IMG/VR virus record: IMGVR_UViG_3300021387_001323
DNA: 42,687 bases
Strand: one strand, 5' to 3'
From: a virus
How positions within the stretch are numbered: the first letter of the stretch is position 1; each line of letters opens with the position of its first letter. This document shows, piece after piece, positions 7,248 to 14,156 of this stretch. The translations under genes and the position numbers were made by a program. The notes under the pieces are model-generated. The model was not told the DNA's origin, made no database searches, and worked only from the letters and a program-made list of their open reading frames with translations.

Positions 7248-7276
7248 TTGATAAACGCCCATTTTTTCTGTATAAT
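7248..7276 (+). promoter_or_regulatory. Rightward (repressor/lysogeny) sigma-70-type promoter
   Basis: TTGATA (7248-7253) - 17 nt - TATAAT (7271-7276), 24 nt upstream of the repressor ATG. Confidence 0.65.
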
Positions 7277-7299
7277 CGGGAGGAAAAGGAGGTGATAGT

Positions 7300-7659
7300 A
7301 TGAGGGAAAAAATAGTCCGGTACCTTGAGGAAAACAAGATCACCGCCATGGAGCTTTCGCGTCGGAGCGGTGTCAAAAAATCAACCGTTTACAATTTGAT
7401 CAACGGTGACGCTGATCCGATGGAGCTCGGTATTTCCAAAGTGTTGGCACTGGCCAACGCCATGGGTATGACCGCCGAGGAGCTCTACGGTCTGCCACCT
7501 GTTGAAAACTCGGAGCCCACACCTGAGAAGATGCCCGTCAATGATTCGGAGCTTGAGCTTTTGGAATTATATCGAAACGCCACACCGGAAGCCCGCAGCA
7601 CCGTCGTCAATGTCCTGCGATGCAATCAGCGCGTGAAAAAAGAAGTGGCAATCTCTTAG
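7300..7659 (+). CDS. CI-like repressor (XRE-family HTH)
   Basis: ITAMELSRRSGVKKSTVYNLINGD HTH; divergent from Cro-like operon; RBS AAAGGAGGTGATAGTATG. Confidence 0.75.
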   Translation: MREKIVRYLEENKITAMELSRRSGVKKSTVYNLINGDADPMELGISKVLALANAMGMTAEELYGLPPVENSEPTPEKMPVNDSELELLELYRNATPEARSTVVNVLRCNQRVKKEVAIS

Positions 7660-7690
7660 TCGTGGATTTTACCATTTAGGAGGTGATTCT

Positions 7691-8113
7691 ATGGCAAAAA
7701 ATGAAACGCTGCCGAGTGTTATCGATATTATGGAGCAGGCCGACGAGTCTGCTCAGAGAGCTCTGCAGACTCTTTTGAAAAATTCACTTTATAAGAAAAG
7801 ACAAAAGACCGAGCCTGCTGCCGTTGAGCAGCTGGAGGATCTCGGTCTTATATCCGTGGTTGATGGTTCTGCGGTTTTTTCTCCGGATCTTGATGCCTGC
7901 AAGAAAAAGGTCTACACCTATTTGATGCGAAAGTATGAGGATCAGCAGTATTATGACGAGGATATGGAGCCGCACACCATTCCGCATGGTGCTCAGATGG
8001 TGGCCAGCGTCTCGCTTTCCGGTTCTGAGCTCCGCGTTGAGTTCCCGGATGATGATGTGACCGCCTTGCTCGATGCTCACGGCGTCAACCGTTGCAGGGG
8101 GTGGAAGCTGTGA
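7691..8113 (+). CDS. Hypothetical lysogeny-module protein
   Basis: RBS TAGGAGGTGATTCTATG; between repressor and integrase; no recognisable motif. Confidence 0.6.
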   Translation: MAKNETLPSVIDIMEQADESAQRALQTLLKNSLYKKRQKTEPAAVEQLEDLGLISVVDGSAVFSPDLDACKKKVYTYLMRKYEDQQYYDEDMEPHTIPHGAQMVASVSLSGSELRVEFPDDDVTALLDAHGVNRCRGWKL

Positions 8114-9738
8114 AAAAGAAAAAAGAGGTCGCTGCCGGATCTGTTCCGGCCGTGATCTATGCCAGATATTCAAGCAGTGGCCAGCGTGAGGAGTCCATTG
8201 AGGGACAGCTGAGAGACTGCCGGGAATATGCAAAAAAGAACGGCCTGCTCGTTGTTGGTGAGTATATTGACAAAGCCCTCACCGGTAGGACAGACAAGCG
8301 CCCGGACTTTCAGAGGATGCTCAGGGATTCCGAACGCGGAGCTTTCAAGGTCGTGATCTGCTGGAAGATGGACCGCTTTGCCCGCAACCGGTACGACTCG
8401 GCCATGTATAAATACAAGCTAAAAAAGAGCGGCGTCCGCCTGGTTTATGCCATGGAGTCCATCCCGGAGGGACCTGAGGGGATCATCCTCGAGAGCGTCA
8501 TGGAGGGATATGCTGAGTACTACTCCGAAAACTTGAGCCAGAACGTCAAGCGCGGATATTATGACAGCGCCCTGGAGCTCAAAACGCTCGGGCAGACTGT
8601 CCTGGGATATAGAAAAGGCACCGACGGTCGTTTTGAGATAGATCCGGCCACCGCTCCGGTCGTCCGGAGGATCTTCGAGGAGTATGCTGCCGGAGAACGC
8701 GCCAAAGACATCTACGAGAGACTCAACGAGGAGGGATATCGCACCACCCGTGGTGGAAAATTCAACAAAAACAGCATCCGGAGGATCCTGCAAAATGAAA
8801 AGTACGTGGGCGTCTATGAGTTCAAAGACATCCGCGTCGAAAATGGGATCCCGGCCATTGTGAGCCGTGAGCTGTTTGAGGAGTGTGGAAAAATGGTAGA
8901 AAAACACCACCGTGCGCCTGCTGCAAAGCGCGACGAGCCTTTCCTGCTCACCACGAAGATCTTCTGCGGAGAGTGTGGCGAGCCGATGACCGGAGACGCT
9001 GGTACCAGCAAAAGCGGCGCCGTGCATTATTACTATATTTGCAACGGCAGGCGGCGCCATACGTGCAAAAAGGAGCGCGTGCGAAAGAACGAGATCGAGG
9101 AGGCAGTGGTTTCCGAGCTTGTGCAGCTGATTCACTCCGGTGATTTTATTGAAAAGGTCGCAGATCTTGCGATGGAATACCAGGAGCGAGAAAAGGACAC
9201 GAGCGCACTCAAAGCACTCGAAGCCCGTCAAAAAGACATAGAAAAGAAGATCGAGAACGTCCTCAGAGCCATCGAGGACGGCATTGTGACCGCATCCACA
9301 AAGACGAGGCTCATGGAGCTGGAAGCCGAGCGGGCTGACATTGAAAAAGGGATAGCCAAAGAGCTGATAGCAACGCCGGAGCTCGACCGCGATCAGATTG
9401 TTTTCTTTTTGGAGAGGTTCCGGGATGGTGATGCAAAGGATGAGCGGTACCGGGAGTTCCTGGTTGACACGTTCCTGCAGGCCGTTTTCGTTTACGACGA
9501 CCGCCTTGTGATCACGCTCAACTATTCCGGCCAAAATAACAAAGTCACGAAGTCACTCGCAGACAAAGCCGCCAGCGGCGAGGGTTCTGGGTGTTCGTGT
9601 TTGGCGCCATCCGGCGCACTCAATGGCGCAGATTTGAACACCTCACCGATCCGGATCTTCTGGATTCAAAAGGTGATCGGAGTGGTCGCGCCGTATGATC
9701 GAAAGATTCAAGAGCAAAAGAAAAAAGCCAGGGTATAA
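8110..9738 (+). CDS. int: Large serine recombinase (integrase)
   Basis: AVIYARYSSSGQ...RPDFQRML...WKMDRFARN resolvase catalytic domain, recombinase domain and Cys-rich zinc ribbon (CGECG...CNGRRRHTC), coiled coil. Start GTG 8110 (GTGA overlap) or TTG 8092. Confidence 0.9.
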   Translation: MKKKKEVAAGSVPAVIYARYSSSGQREESIEGQLRDCREYAKKNGLLVVGEYIDKALTGRTDKRPDFQRMLRDSERGAFKVVICWKMDRFARNRYDSAMYKYKLKKSGVRLVYAMESIPEGPEGIILESVMEGYAEYYSENLSQNVKRGYYDSALELKTLGQTVLGYRKGTDGRFEIDPATAPVVRRIFEEYAAGERAKDIYERLNEEGYRTTRGGKFNKNSIRRILQNEKYVGVYEFKDIRVENGIPAIVSRELFEECGKMVEKHHRAPAAKRDEPFLLTTKIFCGECGEPMTGDAGTSKSGAVHYYYICNGRRRHTCKKERVRKNEIEEAVVSELVQLIHSGDFIEKVADLAMEYQEREKDTSALKALEARQKDIEKKIENVLRAIEDGIVTASTKTRLMELEAERADIEKGIAKELIATPELDRDQIVFFLERFRDGDAKDERYREFLVDTFLQAVFVYDDRLVITLNYSGQNNKVTKSLADKAASGEGSGCSCLAPSGALNGADLNTSPIRIFWIQKVIGVVAPYDRKIQEQKKKARV

Positions 9739-9754
9739 CGCCCTGGCTCTTTTG
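9726..9754. terminator. Bidirectional intrinsic terminator between convergent integrase and lysis genes
   Basis: AGCCAGGG (9726-9733) / CCCTGGCT (9741-9748) stem flanked by A6 upstream and CTTTTG downstream. Confidence 0.7.
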
Positions 9755-9757
9755 TTG

Positions 9758-10156
9758 CTATTCTTTTTCCGGTGTTTTGGTTTCTCTGACCGTCTGCTCG
9801 ATCTTGGTGTTGAGCCAGAGGTCGAAGTTGCCATACTCCTCGGCGATGATCTTCTGAGTCTCCTCGTCGATCATGTTGCGAGCTTCAGACTTTGCCATCT
9901 CGAAAGCCTTGCTCTGCGCTTCCGGCGTAAAGGATCCGGAGCGTTTCAAGCTGTCAACATAGGTCTGCATGACATAAATGACCGACTGCTCGACCGTGTT
10001 GATCGCTTCCAGGATGATGGCTCTGAAAGCCTCGTCCTCGACCTGCATCGCCTTGTTTTTCAAGTATGCAGCAGCCCAGCGCAAAGCGTAGGCCATAAGA
10101 GGCACCACGACGGCCAAAACGACCGCGAGGATGATCTTTCCCATGAGTTCGTCCAT
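9758..10156 (-). CDS. Putative holin (LL-H-family-like, single N-terminal TM)
   Basis: N-terminal TM GKIILAVVLAVVVPLMAYAL followed by helical domain; directly downstream of endolysin. Confidence 0.5.
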   Translation of the reverse strand: MDELMGKIILAVVLAVVVPLMAYALRWAAAYLKNKAMQVEDEAFRAIILEAINTVEQSVIYVMQTYVDSLKRSGSFTPEAQSKAFEMAKSEARNMIDEETQKIIAEEYGNFDLWLNTKIEQTVRETKTPEKE

Positions 10157-10170
10157 TGTTTCGCCCTCCT

Positions 10171-10944
10171 TTATACTTTCTTAGCATAATCGAGGCTGAT
10201 CCATCCGGCGCCGCTCTTGAGCTTGCCCCATCCGGTTTTTGAGCCTTTTCCGCTCTTGACCTCGACGATTGTATAAACTCCGGGCTTGATGACGCCCTTT
10301 CTTGCGGTGTCAGTTCCTGCGCCTGCTCGGATGTTTAGGTCAGTGATTGAGACTCTGACCTTGAAAACTCCCGTTGTTGGCGTCGGTGTTACTGCCGGAG
10401 AGTCGGATCCTGCGCCGAGTCTCTTGTTGACCTCCTGAGCGATCCAGCCGTGGAGCTTGTAGAGATAGTCGCCAGGGCACGCCTTGGCTGCATAGTCACG
10501 GTGCACGGTCATGTTGCAGCCGTTCAAGTGGTTCACGCGGTCGTTTTTGTTCTCTGACCAGACGAGCTTCTTGATGCTGTTACGCTTGCAGATGTCCTCG
10601 ACCAGATTGAGCAGCGAAGCCAGCGCCTTGTCTGATACGTGCCAGCCGGTATTTGCTCCGCCATCGTTTGCCACCTCGATGGTGACGGCTCTCATGTCGT
10701 TCGCTCTGTTTGAGGTACACCAGGAGCGGTCTTTTTCCTCGACATACATGGCAATGCGGCCATCGGATCCGATGCCGTAGTTGCTGGACGCCTGTCTTGA
10801 AGTAGGCGCGAACACGTTGCCGCAGGTCTCGACCGTGAGATTGCCGGCCATGCAGTGAATCGTGATCGTGTCGATGGCGTGATTTCTTGGGCTGGTTTTG
10901 TTCGGGCTGATTTTGGTGTAGCACACCAGTGAGCTGTTACTCAT
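10171..10944 (-). CDS. Endolysin: N-acetylmuramoyl-L-alanine amidase (Amidase_2/PGRP-like) with C-terminal SH3-like domain
   Basis: ITIHCMAG...SSNYGIGSDGRI...HRDYAAKACPG catalytic motifs; C-terminal ...NIRAGAGTDT...GWGKLKSGAGWISLDY SH3b-like. Confidence 0.85.
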   Translation of the reverse strand: MSNSSLVCYTKISPNKTSPRNHAIDTITIHCMAGNLTVETCGNVFAPTSRQASSNYGIGSDGRIAMYVEEKDRSWCTSNRANDMRAVTIEVANDGGANTGWHVSDKALASLLNLVEDICKRNSIKKLVWSENKNDRVNHLNGCNMTVHRDYAAKACPGDYLYKLHGWIAQEVNKRLGAGSDSPAVTPTPTTGVFKVRVSITDLNIRAGAGTDTARKGVIKPGVYTIVEVKSGKGSKTGWGKLKSGAGWISLDYAKKV

Positions 10945-11035
10945 CGTCCTCGCCTCCTTTTGCATCATTGAGCTCATCGAGAGCCTCCTCAGGGATTTCG
11001 TTTTCGTTTGTTACTTCCTGCAATTTTTCATCCAT
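10937..11035 (-). CDS. Possible 32-aa acidic peptide, translationally coupled between holin and endolysin
   Basis: ATGGATGA overlap with upstream stop; MDEKLQEVTNENEIPEEALDELNDAKGGEDDE; below ORF-track cutoff. Confidence 0.3.
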   Translation of the reverse strand: MDEKLQEVTNENEIPEEALDELNDAKGGEDDE

Positions 11036-11336
11036 AGTTTTCGTCCTCCGTTTCTTTGAAGTCCTCCGGGCTGGATGGTTCCGGATTCTGTTCGCTTAGT
11101 TCGAGCTTTTTCCTCCATGCGTCGAGCTTGATCTGGTTCTCTGCTTTGGCTTTCCAAAAATAAAAGCCGGTAGCAGCCGAAAGCTCTGCGAAGATGCCGG
11201 GGATGATGTACGCCAAAGGCGACGTGTCCCCGGTTCTCCACATAATCACAAAAGAGGATATGACAATCACGGCAGCGGCAAAAGCCACCACCGTGAGTAT
11301 CACCTTTGAAAATTCCACTTTTTTCTTCTTTTTCAT
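11028..11336 (-). CDS. Putative holin (two transmembrane segments, charged C-terminus)
   Basis: MKKKKKVEFSKVILTVVAFAAAVIVISSFVIMW...LAYIIPGIFAELSAATGFYFW; RBS TAAGGAGGACGACCATG; position between XhlA-like gene and endolysin. Confidence 0.55.
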   Translation of the reverse strand: MKKKKKVEFSKVILTVVAFAAAVIVISSFVIMWRTGDTSPLAYIIPGIFAELSAATGFYFWKAKAENQIKLDAWRKKLELSEQNPEPSSPEDFKETEDENYG

Positions 11337-11347
11337 GGTCGTCCTCC

Positions 11348-11656
11348 TTACATTCCCAGATGGGTGAAGATAAAGCCGACCACGATGCCGATGATGGTTG
11401 TGACTACATAGCCCACCACCTGGCGCCACATTTTACCGTCGCGGCTTTCGAGTTCTTCGATCTTTTCGCCCTGTCGGGCCTGTTCTTTGACCATGTTCTC
11501 GATTGAGACCGCCAGCTTCTCGACGGATGTCGTCAGCTGTCCGATTTCTTTCACCGTCTGCTCAAGATTCTCGATGCGGTGGTTCTGTCTGTTGTTTTCC
11601 TCCTCGATCCTGCGCATCGCCTCGTTGTGCAATTCCATTGTTACCGGTTCGCTCAT
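11348..11656 (-). CDS. XhlA-like lysis-associated membrane protein
   Basis: N-terminal coiled coil (HRIENLEQTVKEI...) and C-terminal TM (VVGYVVTTIIGIVVGFIFTHL), as in PBSX XhlA. Confidence 0.6.
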   Translation of the reverse strand: MSEPVTMELHNEAMRRIEEENNRQNHRIENLEQTVKEIGQLTTSVEKLAVSIENMVKEQARQGEKIEELESRDGKMWRQVVGYVVTTIIGIVVGFIFTHLGM

Positions 11657-11677
11657 TTTCCTGCCTCCTTTCGTCGT

Positions 11678-11875
11678 TTATTCCTCCAGCTTTGCGCTGA
11701 GGGTTGCAGCAGTCTTTAGACTGTTGGCGATAGGACAGCTTTCAAACTCTTCGACCGTCATGTACTGCATGAGGAGAGAAAACTGCTCGTCGATGATTCC
11801 ACTCATGAGGTGGATCACCTCGGACTGCTGATAGACGAGTTTCTCAAGCCTGCCGATTGTGTTCATATCGCCCAT
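11678..11875 (-). CDS. Hypothetical small protein
   Basis: RBS ACGGAGGGCGACCATG. Confidence 0.5.
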   Translation of the reverse strand: MGDMNTIGRLEKLVYQQSEVIHLMSGIIDEQFSLLMQYMTVEEFESCPIANSLKTAATLSAKLEE

Positions 11876-11889
11876 GGTCGCCCTCCGTT

Positions 11890-12099
11890 CTATTCATCCG
11901 CAGCGGCAAGCTCCTCCTCGAGCTCGTTGATGCGCTCGCGGTAGCTTTTGCGGAGTTCTTTCATCTCCTCATAGTCTGCGTCAGAGATCTCACCCTCTGA
12001 GTGTTTGATTGCCTGGTAGTCCGTGTTGCTCAGGAGCTGCTTGTAGGCGTTGATCTCGCCCTGGATCTCCTGGCTCGGTCTTGCTGTTTTCTTTGCCAT
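11890..12099 (-). CDS. Hypothetical small coiled-coil protein
   Basis: RBS AAAGGAGGACAAGAAAATG. Confidence 0.55.
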   Translation of the reverse strand: MAKKTARPSQEIQGEINAYKQLLSNTDYQAIKHSEGEISDADYEEMKELRKSYRERINELEEELAAADE

Positions 12100-13261
12100 T
12101 TTCTTGTCCTCCTTTTGGATTGGTTATTTGTTGGCCGCCTATCCAGTTTTCAATAAATAGGCGATTAAAAAGAGCGTCCATGCTCTTGACGGTCCGATAT
12201 GCGTCGCGGTGGCTCATGGATCCGCGCCAGCTGGCGTATGATGTCCGGATGTTCTCGAAAGTAAGAACACCCTCCTCCAGGAGCTTCGCTTGCTTTTTCA
12301 GTTTTCTGCGTTCGCGTGTTATTGCATCCCTGCAGGGCTTCTTGATGATGTGGCCGCTGTCTGTGATATAAAAGCGGGTTTTCAAGTACGTGAAGCCGTG
12401 GCGCAGGTCGCAGATTTTTGTCTTTTTCTCGTTGATTATGATGCCATACCTGGCATATACCTCCCGGAGCTTTTCAAGGCACTCCCTGAGATATTCCACA
12501 TCCTCGTGGATCAGATAGCTGTCGTCCATATAGGCGCCGTACCCTTTTATCCGGAGCACTTCCTTGGCAAAGTGATCCGACGGGCTCCTGAGTGCGACCG
12601 CGTTGATCTGGCTGGTCTCTGATCCGAGACCGAGGCCGATGTCTCCGAAAGCATAAATAAACGACAGCCCGAGAGCTCGGAGCCTGTCGTCATAAAATGC
12701 CGCCCGGTAGATCTTTTCGAGAGCTGCATGGTCTGCCTGGCCAAAATAATCACTAAAGTCGATCAAAAGGATCCCGCCGGTGCGTCCATGCCTGTGGATG
12801 TGTCTCACCAGGTGGATCGTCATGCGATCGAGTGCAAACTGCGTGCCTTTTCCTCTTTGACTGGCTCCGTTGTCATAGATCAGGGAGTTCGTCAAAACTG
12901 GATAGAGGGCGTTCCTGCAGATGCTTTTCTGGACTACTCGCTCAGAAAAATGCACGCTTTTGATGTGCCTGAGCTTTCCGCGTTCCATAAGATCAAAGCA
13001 GATAAATCCCTTTCGGATGTCTCTGCCTTTTAACAAGTCCCGGTGTGTCCGGTATATGTTGAGCATCCGCGTGTAGTTGTAACGCTGGACGCTTGCTTTC
13101 CAGGCGACGCCGACCTGTGCCTCGTCTGCAGCTTTATTCAACGAGTTGAGAGATGCAACGCGATCAAAGTCATCGTACTCCGACAGCTTTGCCCGGCGCT
13201 TTGCATCTCTGGCCGATTTTCGGCGCAGGTATCGGCGCTCGCGTCGTTCTTCGCTTGTCAT
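11990..13261 (-). CDS. DGR reverse transcriptase
   Basis: YMDD catalytic motif (GYGAYMDDSYLI), LGLGSETSQINAV (DGR-type SQ motif), ILLIDFSDYFGQ motif; adjacent to TR. Confidence 0.9.
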   Translation of the reverse strand: MTSEERRERRYLRRKSARDAKRRAKLSEYDDFDRVASLNSLNKAADEAQVGVAWKASVQRYNYTRMLNIYRTHRDLLKGRDIRKGFICFDLMERGKLRHIKSVHFSERVVQKSICRNALYPVLTNSLIYDNGASQRGKGTQFALDRMTIHLVRHIHRHGRTGGILLIDFSDYFGQADHAALEKIYRAAFYDDRLRALGLSFIYAFGDIGLGLGSETSQINAVALRSPSDHFAKEVLRIKGYGAYMDDSYLIHEDVEYLRECLEKLREVYARYGIIINEKKTKICDLRHGFTYLKTRFYITDSGHIIKKPCRDAITRERRKLKKQAKLLEEGVLTFENIRTSYASWRGSMSHRDAYRTVKSMDALFNRLFIENWIGGQQITNPKGGQENGKENSKTEPGDPGRDQRLQAAPEQHGLPGNQTLRG

Positions 13262-13640
13262 TTCTCCGTGTTCCTTTGTTAAATTAAAAAACAGTCACCG
13301 GGCACGGCTTAGCGCGTTATTGTAACCGCATAGGATGCAGGCATGAAGCAAAAGGCTCTCGCGCTCCCTTTTGCCATGCAAGAAGCGTCCGCCTGCTCTC
13401 GTCCCGGTTCTTATTTACGCCTCAAAGGGCGAGGGATGACTGCTCCTTCCACCCACTTGGCACGGCTTTCGGCTCTTTTGGAGCTTACTCGATCTGGCTC
13501 TATTGCGTGGGATCAGACGGGCACGCAGATCGCGTTGGACGCGTTGTTGTTGTTGGAGTTCCCGTTGTTGTTGACATTCACGACGTTCGTCGAGTTGCCG
13601 GAGTTAGCCGAAGCAGTCCACCAGTTGGCCCGAGCACCAC
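13262..13640 (-). ncRNA. DGR template RNA region (TR plus 252-nt spacer leading to RT)
   Basis: No credible minus-strand ORF; contains TR, a 13-bp hairpin (13341-13379) and the 10-nt repeat GGCACGGCTT at 13301-13310 and 13459-13468. Confidence 0.65.
13514..13640 (-). repeat. DGR template repeat (TR)
   Basis: 127 bp; sense strand reads GGARANWWTASANSGNSTNVVNVNNNGNSNNNNASNAICVPV with 14 AAC/AAT codons; 31 adenines. Confidence 0.9.
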
Positions 13641-13663
13641 ATAACAGCAGTCATCCCGTTGAT

Positions 13664-14092
13664 TTATTTGTTTTTCCCTTTTCCTCCGACCGGTATCACT
13701 TTGTCGTTGTCTCTATGGCGCATCGCGAGCCCGATCTCTTTGTCGAGAAGCTCAAGGATGTCGGCCATGGATGCAGACGTTGCGGACGGGATCACGTTCT
13801 GCGCTCGTGCCAGCTTCCGGTCGAGTTGTTTGCAGGCTGTGATCGTCATCCTCCAGTAGTCCCGGCGCCTGTCGATGTGTTTTTCATCCGGCCAGGTCTC
13901 GTTTGCTGCGATTGCGCAGTCGCTGATCTTGTCAGCTGCTTCCACCAGCGGGACGCCCACGAGTTGCCTCCATCTTTTCGGGATCCGCTTTTCGTTCATG
14001 ACGTAGAGCGTCACTGCATCCTGGAGACGTGCCGCGACATCCACCGGATCGAAGTGTGTCTGCTTTCTGTTTCTCGCATAGACTCCGCTCAT
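13664..14092 (-). CDS. avd: Accessory variability determinant (Avd)-like protein
   Basis: 142-aa basic, predicted helical protein located between target gene and TR, the canonical Avd position; RBS GGAGGTACACGATG. Confidence 0.6.
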   Translation of the reverse strand: MSGVYARNRKQTHFDPVDVAARLQDAVTLYVMNEKRIPKRWRQLVGVPLVEAADKISDCAIAANETWPDEKHIDRRRDYWRMTITACKQLDRKLARAQNVIPSATSASMADILELLDKEIGLAMRHRDNDKVIPVGGKGKNK

Positions 14093-14111
14093 CGTGTACC
14101 TCCGGTGTTAT

Positions 14112-14133
14112 GCAGGGGCGCAGAGGCCCCTGC
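14112..14133 (-). promoter_or_regulatory. Hairpin downstream of VR1 (candidate DGR target-recognition structure)
   Basis: GCAGGGGC / loop GCAGAG / GCCCCTGC, perfect 8-bp stem, no U-tract; covaries with hairpin at 32-53. Confidence 0.6.
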
Positions 14134-14156
14134 TATTTGTGCATTGCATCGGTCGC

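Noticed and set aside
8419-9534. Long antisense ORFs. Examples: 8419-9534(-) opposite the integrase, 26123-27157(+) opposite the capsid gene, 23140-24078(+) opposite the sheath, 13343-14170(+) opposite Avd/TR, 31343-32155(+), 34500-35327(+), 41821-42594(+).
   Set aside because: Each lies opposite a gene with clear family motifs, lacks a GGAGG-type RBS, and has a low-complexity, Arg/Leu/Val-rich composition typical of spurious ORFs in moderately GC-rich DNA.
11990-13261. The reverse transcriptase, read as a group II intron or retron RT.
   Set aside because: It is flanked by a TR with two adenine-mutated VRs and an Avd-position gene. I saw no intron-like RNA domains, maturase/endonuclease extension or msr/msd-type repeats.
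14112-14133. The hairpins after VR1 (14112-14133) and VR2 (32-53), read as ordinary rho-independent terminators.
   Set aside because: Neither is followed by a U-tract on the transcribed strand. Each is followed immediately by the RBS of the next co-oriented gene. Their pairing with VR ends favours a DGR role. A terminator function cannot be fully excluded.
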